NCBI GenBank assembly: GCA_943354575.1 | Contig: CALRCL010000001.1 | Location: forward strand, 2,934-66,933 | From: Patescibacteria group bacterium UBA4664 | GTDB taxonomy: Bacteria; Patescibacteriota; Saccharimonadia; CAILAD01; BJGX01 | Length of the DNA: 64,000 nt | Reading direction: 5' to 3' | Shown: piece by piece, positions 40,826-51,234 of the stretch | Layout: every line of letters starts with the position of its first letter | Numbering within the stretch: position 1 is the first letter of the stretch | Program-made: the position numbers and the translations under genes | Notes under the pieces: generated by a model | Seen by the model: only the letters and a program-made list of their open reading frames with translations | Database searches by the model: none | Told to the model about the DNA's origin: nothing

Positions 40826-42658
40826 ATGCCAAAATCTAAAAGCTCAAAACCTAAAATGAAAAAAACCTACAAAAAAAGTCGAAAAAATCTTAGCCTAAAG
40901 AGCCCTATTGTATTGGTATTCTTGACGGTCGTAGTTGCACTAGGCATTTTAATTGTATATACCAGCCTCGCTGCGGCTATCGTGGGGCGAGTCGAAGGCG
41001 AATCACTAACGGGTTCTGGCGTAGTCACGGGAGATGTCTTGGCCAGTGGCGGTAATACCCTAAAACTAACCTCTAACACTTCGGCTACAGGCACCATAAC
41101 TACTACCGCAAATGCAACTACAGTTGTCATTAGAGCAAAAGGAACTCAATGCAAGGGCGCGCCACAGGCCAATGTGACTATCGACGGCAAAACGGCTTTA
41201 CTCGCTAGCGTTTCTGGTACAACGCTCGGAAATTATACCGCCAACTATGCTGTCGCCAAAGGTAGCCACAGCATTAAGGTTACCCTAACTAATCCCTATA
41301 GCTACAACAGGCGGGGCTCAAAATACGACTGTACTCGAGCGCTTTATATCGATAATATACAGCTACAGGACACCACGCCTATTGCAACTACTGCCGACAC
41401 CACTGCACCAAGTATTGCGATATCATCACCGTCGAGTACTAGCACTGCTTCAGGTATAGTGGCTGTCAAGGCCAATGCTACAGACAATACTGCAGTATCT
41501 AAGGTCGATTTTTATCTTGATGGCGCCATGCAGTCCAGCGTAACCGCATCCCCGTACAACTGGGCTTGGAATACAAATACCACGAGCAGCACCTCCCACA
41601 CCTTGACTGCTAAGGCCTACGACCTAGCGGGTAATTCCCAGACTAGTTCTGGTGTTGTAGTTGGTGTTAATAATAGCACCGCTTCTGGAAGCACTTGGGG
41701 CGATCATATGGGAGTAAATATTTGGCCAACGAAATCAAACATCGACAGGGTTAAGGCTACTGGCATGAAGTGGGTCAGGATATCTTGGGAGCTCGGCTGG
41801 GGCCCAACAGCAAGCGGAGAGGATGTTGCTGCCAATGTCGCATATGCGCACTCGAAAGGCATAAAAGTACTTCAGTCTTGCCAAAAAACGCCGCATAGCT
41901 ATAGCTCGGCAGATGTTACGTCTTTTGCTAACTACTGCGCTAGCTGGGTAGATAAAGGTGCCGATGCCATAGAAATCGGAAATGAGTGGAACCACGCTCC
42001 TTTCTGGGGCTCGTGGCCAAATGGCAACTACGCTCTGCAAGCACAGATTTCTGATGCCACCAGTACGGCTATTAGGGCAAAATCTGCAACAATGCCAATC
42101 ATGAACTCTGGCTGGTCGCCCGAGAACCAAGACCTTCACCCCTACGATATACCCCAGCAAGCCATGGCAAGGTTGCTCGATGCATCTGGCACATTTAAGA
42201 CCGATGGCAATATCATAGCGACGCACCCATACGCTTATAACTGTAATAGCCCTCTTTCTTGCTCCTACCCTACCCGTAAAGATTATAATGCCTTTTTGGC
42301 GACGGCCGACGTTTATCAGGCCGCCAAAACCAGAGGCTACGACCGATCCGTATGGATGACAGAAATAGGTGGGCCCTCGGGCGGCATAAACCCAGCAACT
42401 GGTGTGTGCTTCAAAAATCTATACACTGGAGCATGTTTTACGACAGACACCCAAAGGCAGCTGTTTGCGGACTACATCGCAGGGGCTAAAACTCTTAGAA
42501 TCGGCGGAACGCCAGTCGAGCTTCTTTTTTGGTCGTCTCTAGTAGATGGTGCTAGCGCCACAAATGCACTTGAGAAAACAGCTGGACTTTACTATAGCAA
42601 CTGGACTATTAAGCCTGCTGGACAGGTCGTTGTTGATCAGGCTACTCAACCCTGGTAA
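40826..42658 (+). CDS. Surface/secreted clan GH-A glycoside hydrolase with beta-sandwich and Ig-like domains
   Basis: TM/signal; DTTAPS..KVDFYLDG..AYDLAGN Big domain; IEIGNEWN and VWMTEIG catalytic motifs. Confidence 0.8.
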   Translation: MPKSKSSKPKMKKTYKKSRKNLSLKSPIVLVFLTVVVALGILIVYTSLAAAIVGRVEGESLTGSGVVTGDVLASGGNTLKLTSNTSATGTITTTANATTVVIRAKGTQCKGAPQANVTIDGKTALLASVSGTTLGNYTANYAVAKGSHSIKVTLTNPYSYNRRGSKYDCTRALYIDNIQLQDTTPIATTADTTAPSIAISSPSSTSTASGIVAVKANATDNTAVSKVDFYLDGAMQSSVTASPYNWAWNTNTTSSTSHTLTAKAYDLAGNSQTSSGVVVGVNNSTASGSTWGDHMGVNIWPTKSNIDRVKATGMKWVRISWELGWGPTASGEDVAANVAYAHSKGIKVLQSCQKTPHSYSSADVTSFANYCASWVDKGADAIEIGNEWNHAPFWGSWPNGNYALQAQISDATSTAIRAKSATMPIMNSGWSPENQDLHPYDIPQQAMARLLDASGTFKTDGNIIATHPYAYNCNSPLSCSYPTRKDYNAFLATADVYQAAKTRGYDRSVWMTEIGGPSGGINPATGVCFKNLYTGACFTTDTQRQLFADYIAGAKTLRIGGTPVELLFWSSLVDGASATNALEKTAGLYYSNWTIKPAGQVVVDQATQPW

Positions 42659-42660
42659 AT

Positions 42661-42696
42661 AAAAACCGACTTGATACAAAAGTACCAGGTCGGTTA
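42661..42696. terminator. Bidirectional terminator hairpin
   Basis: AACCGACTTGATAC/GTACCAGGTCGGTT between convergent genes. Confidence 0.6.
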
Positions 42697-42710
42697 AATA
42701 AATTTTGAGC

Positions 42711-43247
42711 CTAAGCTCCCTTAATGCTGATTAGCGTTTGCTTGATGCAGTTAGCTAGCTCCACTACGCTGCGCTCGATGGTACCTAGTGAGGACCTTTT
42801 TTCTAGCTCATGAGCAACTACTAAATTGGGTTTGACGTCCTCGGCTTTTAATTGCTTACGGACCCGGGCCAGTGTGTCTTTGAGACTACTGGCAGCACCC
42901 ATCAAAACCCTATTTTCGTTCTGCGCTTGAGATAGTTCTTTTTTTAGATCAGCTACGACCTGATTACTCGATACCTTTAGGTCATCTATCTCGGTCTGGA
43001 TTGATGCTAGGGTTTCATTAAAAGCACTGAGGAGCGGGCTATCGCCATCTGTAATGAGTTTGTATGCTACTTCGCAAATCATATACTCGGCTATGATATC
43101 GAATTTTTCCTGGCCTAGAATCTCTAGCATCTGGGCTAGTATATCTTGGGCGGCTTCTTTCTGAGCTTCAATAGCAATATCAATTAAGATCATATCTTTT
43201 AGCGGCCACAAGCCATTTGTGTTCTGAGCGGTACTCTTTATCAACAT
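42711..43247 (-). CDS. Hypothetical coiled-coil protein
   Basis: ORF with heptad-rich C-half; start placed at MLIKST. Confidence 0.6.
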   Translation of the reverse strand: MLIKSTAQNTNGLWPLKDMILIDIAIEAQKEAAQDILAQMLEILGQEKFDIIAEYMICEVAYKLITDGDSPLLSAFNETLASIQTEIDDLKVSSNQVVADLKKELSQAQNENRVLMGAASSLKDTLARVRKQLKAEDVKPNLVVAHELEKRSSLGTIERSVVELANCIKQTLISIKGA

Positions 43248-43341
43248 TCCCCCCGGGATTATTATGTGGATGTAGTGTATCAATTTATACCATAGCGAGT
43301 ATATACTGTCAATCGTGCTAAATTTTGTTACAATACTATTC

Positions 43342-44181
43342 ATGGCAAAAATAATTGATGGCAACAAAATAGCCCAAACCATTCTGGACGAAATCAAGCT
43401 AGAAGTAGATGGCTTGAAACTTACCGGAAAAGTCCCTAAGCTCGTAATTGTTAGCTACAACCCTAGCCTAGCTTCAAAGACCTACATAGGCCTGAAACTT
43501 GCTAGGGCCAAGGAGCTCGGTATAGCATGCGAAGCTCTAGATTTGACTGGCCAAAGCTTAGATGTCTGCATGTCGGCTATGGCTGCCCTGTCAGGCAAGC
43601 AGGATGTTGATGGTATTATCGTTCAGCTCCCCACTCGTGGCCTAGAGGGTTATCAAGAGCTACTCAATGCCATACCCGCTAGCAAGGATGTCGATGGGCT
43701 CAGTGATGAGTCGCTAGAGTTGCTTCGTGCAAACTCAGCCAAACTCATCCCTGCTACGCCACGGGCCATTTTAGAACTCATGGCGCGCTCCCAGAAAGAT
43801 TTGCAAGGCAAAAGTATTGTTATTATTGGCCGGGGCAAATTGGTCGGCCTACCGCTATCGATAATTATGAAAAATAAAAATCTTGATGTTGTCGGAATCG
43901 ATATAAATACAACCAACGCCAGTCAGGTAATAAAATCTGCCGATGTTGTGATTGTTGCAGCCGGACAGGCAGACTTAGTAACCGGCACAATGATAAAAGC
44001 TGGGTCAATAGTGCTAGATGCCGGAACTTCTGAACAAAATGGGCAATTAAGTGGTGATGTAGAGTATGCTAGCGTTGAACCCGTCGCTTCGATGGTATCT
44101 AAGGTACCCGGCGGTATTGGCCCTGTTACGGTGGCCTGCTTACTTCAAAATGTGGTTGAGGCATCAAAAAACTCACAATAA
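43342..44181 (+). CDS. folD: Methylenetetrahydrofolate dehydrogenase/cyclohydrolase
   Basis: IIDG, GIIVQLP, KDVDGL, GRGKLVGLP, VPGGIGPVT. Confidence 0.95.
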   Translation: MAKIIDGNKIAQTILDEIKLEVDGLKLTGKVPKLVIVSYNPSLASKTYIGLKLARAKELGIACEALDLTGQSLDVCMSAMAALSGKQDVDGIIVQLPTRGLEGYQELLNAIPASKDVDGLSDESLELLRANSAKLIPATPRAILELMARSQKDLQGKSIVIIGRGKLVGLPLSIIMKNKNLDVVGIDINTTNASQVIKSADVVIVAAGQADLVTGTMIKAGSIVLDAGTSEQNGQLSGDVEYASVEPVASMVSKVPGGIGPVTVACLLQNVVEASKNSQ

Positions 44182-44210
44182 ATAATTACTGTGAGTTTTT
44201 TATTCTTATT

Positions 44211-44301
44211 TGGTGCCGCGAAGAAGACTCGAACTTCCACGCCTGATATATTAGGCACTAGCCCCTCAAGCTAGCGTGTCTACCAATTCCACCACCGCGG
44301 C
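44211..44301 (-). tRNA. tRNA-Leu(GAG)
   Basis: GCCGCGG...CTAGC-TTGAGGG-GCTAG, long variable arm, TTCGA, CCA. Confidence 0.94.
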
Positions 44302-44397
44302 ATAAACAAATTAAGTTCTCATTAGCTCCCCACTTTAGATGGAGGGGCTAGCAACAACCTGAGTATTATATAATAAATACCTAGTCTTGATAAGCCT

Positions 44398-46035
44398 CTA
44401 ATGAAAAGACGATAGCCCCGGAAGATGTTCTAGGAGGTTCTTCATCGAGTACTCTTTGCGCAAGTGCACCATGCCATACTCCTTGGTTGAGCCTAGTTTG
44501 CTTCTGGGATTAAGCAGGTTGTTTGGGTCGAACAGCTTTTTGACTTGTTTGAAGAGCCCATATGTTTCTGGGCCATACATTTGGCGCAAGTAAGATCCTC
44601 TCATAATGCCGTCGTTGTGCTCGCCAGATATACTCCCGCCTAAGCTCAAGACCATCTTATAAAATTCATCACTAAGGGCGTAGACCTTATGCCGATCCCG
44701 GATATTGCCGAGGTCCATAAATGGCTGAATATGCAAATGCCCGTTGCCTGCGTGCCCCCAAATTGCATCCTTAACCTTATACTTGTCTAAAATAACGTAG
44801 GCTTTCTCTACGAAATCTTCGAACCTATCTAGTGGCACAACTCCGTCTTCGATAATCGGTAGGGCTTTTTTGGGGCCTTGTTGGGTCCATATCAGAGCTG
44901 CCGCTTGGCGGCGAATCTTCCACAGCTGATCTTGCTCGAGCTTATTTGAACTAATTTTTTGCTGGTAGGCGTATTTTTGTAAAATTGTGTTAGCTCGTTC
45001 GGCACTTTTGGCCTGCACTTTTGGCTTGATATCATCAAACTCAACTAGCAAAACAAACTTTGGCATTTGCTCGGGTAAGAGGTTTTTGATCATCTCGGGG
45101 TGCTTTTCTAAAACAAACTTCAGCACATTGTCATCGACTAGCTCCTGAGCACTCGGTGCCAACGGGGATATTTCAAAAACTGCCTGCTGCAGCTTTTTGA
45201 TGCTATCAAAATATCCTACCAAAAGAGTGGTTTTAGAATTGTAGGCCACATGAATAAGCTTTGCCTCGGTAATAATCCCCAGGGTGCTTTGAGACCCGAC
45301 AAAGAGCTGCGAGAGGTCAAAGCTACCATCTTTACGCTTGATATCCCACAAATCATAGCCGGCTGAGTTTTTAGATGTCTTGGGTCTGCTCGCTTCAATA
45401 AGCTGCTTGTTGTTTTCAAGCAAATCATCGAGCTCGCGATAAATTTGCCCTTCTAGGTCTTGGAGCTTTTTTTTCTGTTTAAGCTCTTTTTTGTTGATAC
45501 GACCAGTCTCGATGACATCGCCGTTATACAAAACTACCCTTAGCGAATCGACGTATTTGCGAGTTGCTCCATACTTGAGGGTTTTTTCGCCAGACGAATT
45601 ATTAGCGATGGCCCCGCCGATACTACAAAAATCCATACTGGCAGGGTAGGGCGGCAAAAAACGGCCGTGACTATTGAGTACATCTTCGAGGTTAGAGTAG
45701 ATCATACCGGGCTGCACCGTAACGGTTTGGGTGTCGATTGCAAGCAGCTTCCGCATATGAGCCGGAAAGACAATGCTGATTCCCTCTGATAGCGAGCCAC
45801 CTCCTTGGTCGGTTCCCTTGCCCCGGGCCGTAACTGTCAGGGCTCGATTGCTATCGAGCAAATTATAATTAAACCTTAAGGTCTCAATTACGTCTTTTTC
45901 ATTGCGCGGATAAACCACCACCCTCGGTGTAACCTTAAAAATACCGCCATCTGTCGAGAAGTAGTCTCTGGTTTGGGTATCGATTGCGACCTCGCCATCG
46001 AGTTTTTCTTTTAAATCTTTAAGTATATTGCCCAT
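44398..46035 (-). CDS. FAD-binding oxidoreductase (GlcD/D-lactate dehydrogenase family)
   Basis: RGKGT, IGGAIANNSSG, GHAGNGHLH, SGEHNDG, FDPNNLLNP. Confidence 0.9.
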   Translation of the reverse strand: MGNILKDLKEKLDGEVAIDTQTRDYFSTDGGIFKVTPRVVVYPRNEKDVIETLRFNYNLLDSNRALTVTARGKGTDQGGGSLSEGISIVFPAHMRKLLAIDTQTVTVQPGMIYSNLEDVLNSHGRFLPPYPASMDFCSIGGAIANNSSGEKTLKYGATRKYVDSLRVVLYNGDVIETGRINKKELKQKKKLQDLEGQIYRELDDLLENNKQLIEASRPKTSKNSAGYDLWDIKRKDGSFDLSQLFVGSQSTLGIITEAKLIHVAYNSKTTLLVGYFDSIKKLQQAVFEISPLAPSAQELVDDNVLKFVLEKHPEMIKNLLPEQMPKFVLLVEFDDIKPKVQAKSAERANTILQKYAYQQKISSNKLEQDQLWKIRRQAAALIWTQQGPKKALPIIEDGVVPLDRFEDFVEKAYVILDKYKVKDAIWGHAGNGHLHIQPFMDLGNIRDRHKVYALSDEFYKMVLSLGGSISGEHNDGIMRGSYLRQMYGPETYGLFKQVKKLFDPNNLLNPRSKLGSTKEYGMVHLRKEYSMKNLLEHLPGLSSFH

Positions 46036-46118
46036 ACCTAATAGCATAGCAACTTTGGGCGATATTAAAAACCCATTTGACTTATTTTATTAGTCAATTA
46101 GAATAATACATAAGTGTA

Positions 46119-46979
46119 ATGAAGCGACCAATAAAAAAATCAGCCAATAGTAGTGCGTCATTCGGGGCCAGTATGAAAAAAAAGCCTGTCATTATTTCTT
46201 TTTTGAGTTTTTTTATTATAGCTGGTCTGTACTTAGTTTATAGCTCATTTGCCGCCAGCGGGATACCGGTTTTCGGAACCGATCCAGACTTTTGGCGCGA
46301 CAAAATAGGCTACTGTGAGTCTGGTGGACGATATGATAGGATTGGCCCTAGCGGACATACTGGCAAGTACCAGTACGATTCTGGCACTTGGCGTGGCGCA
46401 GTCGGGGCCGAGCTAGCTGCCCAGTACCCTCAGGCCTATCTAGCACCAGGCGACATTCAGGAAATGGCATTTAATAATACCTTTGCGAGGCGTGGAACCC
46501 AACCCTGGAATGCTAGCTATTATTGTTGGATCAAAGGTACCACCTTTGCCCAGGCTAATACTGAACAAGCTGTTGCAGGTATCCCGTCGGCACCGATACT
46601 TCCGGCCAACCCTTTCGGATTGCCATCAGAATCTTACAACGTAATAATCAGCGGAAAAGTTACGCTTAATGACCTTCCGCTTGCAAATGTTAAGATCGAT
46701 ACTTGTATTAGTGGCAAGACAGCCACCACCAACGCCGAGGGTCGGTACAATATTACAATTCCGCTAGATGCAACATTTTGCTTAAGGCCTATAGAAGGTG
46801 TGCCTGCAGGTGCCATACTAACCCGAACCAACAATAATATCGAAACCAACGACAAGCTCACCTACGAAAGCCAAAGGGCTGGTGTTAATGCCTATCACAG
46901 CATCTGGTACCTCTTTAGGGCTGAGTTTAACTGGGATAGACAAAACGATACTGGTTACAACTTTTACTACACCAAGTAG
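46119..46979 (+). CDS. Secreted Rpf-like transglycosylase domain protein
   Basis: WRDKIGYCESGG...GKYQYDSGTW...Q...RGTQPW. Confidence 0.8.
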   Translation: MKRPIKKSANSSASFGASMKKKPVIISFLSFFIIAGLYLVYSSFAASGIPVFGTDPDFWRDKIGYCESGGRYDRIGPSGHTGKYQYDSGTWRGAVGAELAAQYPQAYLAPGDIQEMAFNNTFARRGTQPWNASYYCWIKGTTFAQANTEQAVAGIPSAPILPANPFGLPSESYNVIISGKVTLNDLPLANVKIDTCISGKTATTNAEGRYNITIPLDATFCLRPIEGVPAGAILTRTNNNIETNDKLTYESQRAGVNAYHSIWYLFRAEFNWDRQNDTGYNFYYTK

Positions 46980-46985
46980 AGTTTG

Positions 46986-48692
46986 TTATCTAGGTTTTAT
47001 GTACCAATCATAGATATTATAAAAACGGTTGCTAGGCTCGGCAATCTTATTGGCGTCAAAGCCAGCTATGAGCTCGCTCTGGGGGTAATTATAGTACGGG
47101 CTATAAAGCACCACTGCGGGTAAGTCCTTGGCCCACTGCTCTACAAAGGCCGAGTAGCGACTAGCTTTATAGACAGGGTCTTTTGCTAGTCGTCCAGCCT
47201 CCAGGAATTTATCGACATCAGAATTTTTATAAAGCGAGACGTTCAGGCCTGGGTCGCTAATTTGGCTGGAATGCCAAAAGCTGTATACATCCGAATCGAC
47301 ACCCAAGTTTTGCCCGTAAAGCAAAACGTCGTAGTTTCGGCTACGAATATAATTTTGCTGGAGCTCTACTGATCCAGCAGCAATCACCTCAACATTAAGC
47401 CCCAGCTTGCGCCAGCTTTCTGCAAGATAATTAGCGACATTTTTGTAAACCTGATTGTCGAGGGTGACGATCCGTATGCTTTGCTTTGTCGTTACTGGTG
47501 CAGAGAATAGCTCTTTTGCCTTAGCATAATCAAAATCATACTTTGCAGCCAGCGGGTTGAAGCCAGCAAAGCCTGCTGGAATTGGGTAATACGACTGGAC
47601 ACCCTCACCCTTAAGTATGTCTTTGACGATGGCATCTCTGTCGACCGAATAAGCCAAGGCCTGCCTGAGGGCGAGATTGCTAAGCACTGGGGAGCTGAGG
47701 TTAAAGAAAGCCCCAACATATGCGGGGAGGCCGATACGGTGGTTTATAATACCTTCGATCTTTTCTACTGTAGATACGTCGCTAGGCGAAACTTGGGATA
47801 TAGCATCAACCTGCCGGCGTATCAAAGCGTCAACCATTTGGTTTTGCTCCTGAAACAGCTCAATTCTTATTTTTGGTATATATGGCTCATGAATATAATA
47901 TTTTTCATTTGCTACAAGGTCAATAACGGTACTGTCTACTTCTAGCAAGTTGAGCTTATACGGGCCGCTGCCAACCGGTTTTTGATTAAACTCAGAGGAC
48001 CTCATGTTTGACGGGGTAACTATTTCAAGCTTGTGCTTCGGTACTATGCCAAGCGTCGTATTAGACAAAAAATTGCCATATGAAGAAGGCAAATTAAACC
48101 TAATGGTTCTGTCGTCGACTATAGTATATTCAACACCGCTCCAGTTCGGTGCAAAAGTGCTTCTGGTATCGGGGTTCTTTACTCGGTCGATGGTAAAGGC
48201 TATATCTTGAGTTGTCAGTTTTACCCCATCTTGCCAGACTAAGTTCGGTCGAAGAAAAAATGTATAAACCTTTCGGTCGCTACTAATATCCCAACGTTCA
48301 GCTAGATCTGGCATAATTTCGCGCCGGCCATTGATCTTGGTTAATCCACTAAAAACTAAACTTGAAACGTCGGCGCTAGCTGAGCTTTCGGGAAATAGCG
48401 GATTAATGCTTTTAGCCTGGCCCAGTATTGCCTCTCGGTACAACCCTCCCCTAACTGGCTTCTCTATCTGGCTAGAAAGCCCCGAGCCTTGTAGTTGCCA
48501 TATTGTTCCCCATAAAGAAACCATCACAATAAAGATCCATGCCAAAAAAGTCCAGCGAACTTTGCCAAGCTTCTGCCAGGACCCAAAGATATGCCTATTC
48601 AGATAGTTAATAGTCCAGGCCCGCCAGAGTTTTGACTTTCTACTTAGACCTCTAAATTTTCTATGAAAAGTAAATCCAGTATAAGAACTCAT
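46986..48692 (-). CDS. Peptide ABC transporter substrate-binding protein (family 5)
   Basis: PDLAERWDIS, WQDG.KLT, PVGSGPY, RQALAYSVDR. Confidence 0.9.
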   Translation of the reverse strand: MSSYTGFTFHRKFRGLSRKSKLWRAWTINYLNRHIFGSWQKLGKVRWTFLAWIFIVMVSLWGTIWQLQGSGLSSQIEKPVRGGLYREAILGQAKSINPLFPESSASADVSSLVFSGLTKINGRREIMPDLAERWDISSDRKVYTFFLRPNLVWQDGVKLTTQDIAFTIDRVKNPDTRSTFAPNWSGVEYTIVDDRTIRFNLPSSYGNFLSNTTLGIVPKHKLEIVTPSNMRSSEFNQKPVGSGPYKLNLLEVDSTVIDLVANEKYYIHEPYIPKIRIELFQEQNQMVDALIRRQVDAISQVSPSDVSTVEKIEGIINHRIGLPAYVGAFFNLSSPVLSNLALRQALAYSVDRDAIVKDILKGEGVQSYYPIPAGFAGFNPLAAKYDFDYAKAKELFSAPVTTKQSIRIVTLDNQVYKNVANYLAESWRKLGLNVEVIAAGSVELQQNYIRSRNYDVLLYGQNLGVDSDVYSFWHSSQISDPGLNVSLYKNSDVDKFLEAGRLAKDPVYKASRYSAFVEQWAKDLPAVVLYSPYYNYPQSELIAGFDANKIAEPSNRFYNIYDWYIKPR

Positions 48693-48698
48693 TTTATT

Positions 48699-48917
48699 TT
48701 ATTTGATTATTAGAAGCCCTAGTATACAAGCTACAAATGCTACGCCAAGAGCGATAGTGCCATAGAACATAAACTTTTCTGCTCCTCTTTTTGTGCGGTA
48801 AAAATTGGTTTCACCACCAAAAGCAGTTCCTAGCCCTGACCCCTGATTTTGCATCAGTACAGATATAGTGATAAGTACCGAGATTACTATTAGAGCTATT
48901 TGTAAAAATGTTTTCAT
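48699..48917 (-). CDS. secG: Preprotein translocase subunit SecG
   Basis: VLMQNQGSGLGTAFGG...RGAEK, two TM. Confidence 0.92.
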   Translation of the reverse strand: MKTFLQIALIVISVLITISVLMQNQGSGLGTAFGGETNFYRTKRGAEKFMFYGTIALGVAFVACILGLLIIK

Positions 48918-49267
48918 ATTTTGTCTCTATCAATTATAAAGCTCAGTGCGTAGTTAGCAAGCCAAACCACAATAACCGCCACTACCGCCGACACAGCCGA
49001 TGTAACATGAAATGGCTTGTATATAGCACTTGTAATATAGAGCAGCAGGGCGTTAATCACCAAGCTGAAAAAACCAAAAGTTATTACTATAAACGGTAGG
49101 CTCAATATCACCAGTATCGGCCTTAGGACGGCGTTAACAATACCAAATATCAGGCTGGCGATCACCACCACCCACATGCTATCGGCATTGACGCCGCTAA
49201 GCAGTGTTGAAGCCATCAGCAAGCCAATAAAGTTTGCGAGCCATGTAAATAAAAATCTTTTAATCAC
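48914..49267 (-). CDS. 4-TM YvlD/phage-holin-like membrane protein
   Basis: VNAVLRPIL..LSLPF..ITFGFFSLVINA. Confidence 0.85.
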   Translation of the reverse strand: MIKRFLFTWLANFIGLLMASTLLSGVNADSMWVVVIASLIFGIVNAVLRPILVILSLPFIVITFGFFSLVINALLLYITSAIYKPFHVTSAVSAVVAVIVVWLANYALSFIIDRDKI

Positions 49268-49304
49268 GGCCTATATTTTAGCATATTAACAGATAAGATG
49301 GTAG

Positions 49305-50744
49305 TCATCTAGCCAGCTGCGAAATTATTGATTGGGCCCTAGAATCGCCTACGACTTTGGCGATATCAGCTCGGGATGCCTGTTTTATGCCAGCAACACT
49401 GCCGAAGGCCCTTATGAGTTTTTTTCGGGTGGCTGGTCCGACTCCGTCTATATCATCCAATATTGAGCGCTTGGTGCGAGTATTTCTGACGTGGGTGTGG
49501 TAACTAATCGCAAAACGGTGTGCTTCGTCACGAACGCGCTGAAGTAAATGCAGCAGAGCCGAATTAGCTTCAAAATTATACATGTAGTAGCCCCCTTCTT
49601 TACGTAGACTAGTACTGGAGCTAATATCATTGCTGTCAATTACCAACGTCTCGAAGCGTTTTGCCAGCCCTACGGTCAAAACTTTTACATCCATGCTATC
49701 GAGGGTTTTTTTGGAGCTAGAGAGCTGCCCCTTTCCCCCATCTACGATAATCAAGTCGGGCTTAGGCCAAGCTTTATTGCGCTCTGAAAAACGTCGAGTC
49801 AGGGTTTCTTGCATCATTGCAAAATCGTTTGGACCGCGCGTTCGCATCTTGAAATGCCTGTACGCTTTAGTATCTGGCAAGCCATCGGAAAATACTACCA
49901 TCGAACTGACACTATCGCCACCAGCAAAATTACTAATATCGTAGCATTCAATTCGACGAGGAGCTTTTTTTAGCCCTAGCAACTCTGCAAGCTCAAAAAG
50001 AGCCGAGTCCACACCTAGGGCTATTTTTTCATCTCCACCAAAAACGACTCTACTATTTAATGCTTTCAGGGCCAAAAATTGATTCCTGAGCTCTGCGGCT
50101 TCTTCATAGCTACGTTTTTTAGATAATTTGCCGATGTCTTTTTGTAGCTGATCGATAAGCTGGGTACTTTTGCCCTCTAGAACCAGCACCAGCTTTCTTA
50201 TTTGTTTGCGGTAGTCGGACTTCGATATATCTGGCCTCGGGAGCACGCCAATTTGATATTCTAGCTTGGAGCTGTATTTGTGTTTGTCTTTAACAAAATA
50301 TGGAAAAACCTTACGCAAATGCCTTAAAGCTTGGCGCACTCCGTAGCTTTGCACGAAAGGCCCGAAGTAGCGCGACTTGTCGTCGGCTGGGCGTCGGACC
50401 AAGCTTACTGTAGGAAAGTCTTCTTGCATTGTGATGCGAATAAAAATAAAATTCTTATCATCTTTTTCTCTGACGTTATATAGTGGCTTGTGTCGTTTTA
50501 TAAACTCTGACTCCAAGAATAAAGCGTCTACTTCAGAGACGGTCTCTATCCAGGTAATGTCGGCGATATTCTCGACTAGAATTGGGGTTTTTTGGTCTTT
50601 GTGGTTTTTAGCAAAATACGAGCTGACTCGCCTTTTCAATATCGATGCTTTTCCAATATAAATAATTTGTCCTTTTTTATCCTTAAAAAAGTAGACACCG
50701 GGAGTAGTTGGTAGGCTTTGGAGCTGCTGTTTGATTGATTTCAT
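49305..50744 (-). CDS. uvrC: Excinuclease ABC subunit C
   Basis: PGVYFF..IIYIGKA GIY-YIG, RIECYDIS, DGGKGQL, RDEAHRFA, HhH. Confidence 0.96.
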   Translation of the reverse strand: MKSIKQQLQSLPTTPGVYFFKDKKGQIIYIGKASILKRRVSSYFAKNHKDQKTPILVENIADITWIETVSEVDALFLESEFIKRHKPLYNVREKDDKNFIFIRITMQEDFPTVSLVRRPADDKSRYFGPFVQSYGVRQALRHLRKVFPYFVKDKHKYSSKLEYQIGVLPRPDISKSDYRKQIRKLVLVLEGKSTQLIDQLQKDIGKLSKKRSYEEAAELRNQFLALKALNSRVVFGGDEKIALGVDSALFELAELLGLKKAPRRIECYDISNFAGGDSVSSMVVFSDGLPDTKAYRHFKMRTRGPNDFAMMQETLTRRFSERNKAWPKPDLIIVDGGKGQLSSSKKTLDSMDVKVLTVGLAKRFETLVIDSNDISSSTSLRKEGGYYMYNFEANSALLHLLQRVRDEAHRFAISYHTHVRNTRTKRSILDDIDGVGPATRKKLIRAFGSVAGIKQASRADIAKVVGDSRAQSIISQLAR

Positions 50745-50852
50745 TATTTATCATTATACCTTATGTTTGGTTATGCCCACTCCTAGCTATTGCTTTTTAT
50801 GTAAAAAGTTGTATATTAAGGCTATCCGTACCTCAAAAAACATAGGAGCAAA

Positions 50853-51125
50853 ATGGAATTCATGGATCTGCTAGGCGAACTCACCAGCTACCAAGCTATC
50901 AATCTCGCAGAAATCCTACAAGAATTTATTGCAATCGAAAAGCTACTAGACCAACACAGCGATAAGCCAGACCGAGAAAAGTTTCTTAGGCAAGCCCGCA
51001 TATGCTCGGCTAGCCTCAAGAGTCCCCCATGGAATATAAGCATCACAACTCTCAGTGAGATTTGTGACAACACCACGCAGTGGGCTCAAGATATTGATAA
51101 GTGGAGCGAGCGCAGCAAGTTATAA
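50853..51125 (+). CDS. Hypothetical protein
   Basis: ORF with AGGAG SD and downstream hairpin GGCTCCGGGA/TCCCGGAGCC. Confidence 0.6.
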   Translation: MEFMDLLGELTSYQAINLAEILQEFIAIEKLLDQHSDKPDREKFLRQARICSASLKSPPWNISITTLSEICDNTTQWAQDIDKWSERSKL

Positions 51126-51234
51126 TTTTTTAACCTTTATTTTTAAGGGCTCCGGGATTCCCGGAGCCTAAACTAACCTAGCCAGTAAAGCCAGCTATTT
51201 GCTCTTATGTTTATTTGAAAGTACCATTGGTAGT

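Noticed and set aside
48914-49267. Holin-family gene as prophage evidence
   Set aside because: YvlD-like genes are ordinary chromosomal genes; here it lies between uvrC and secG
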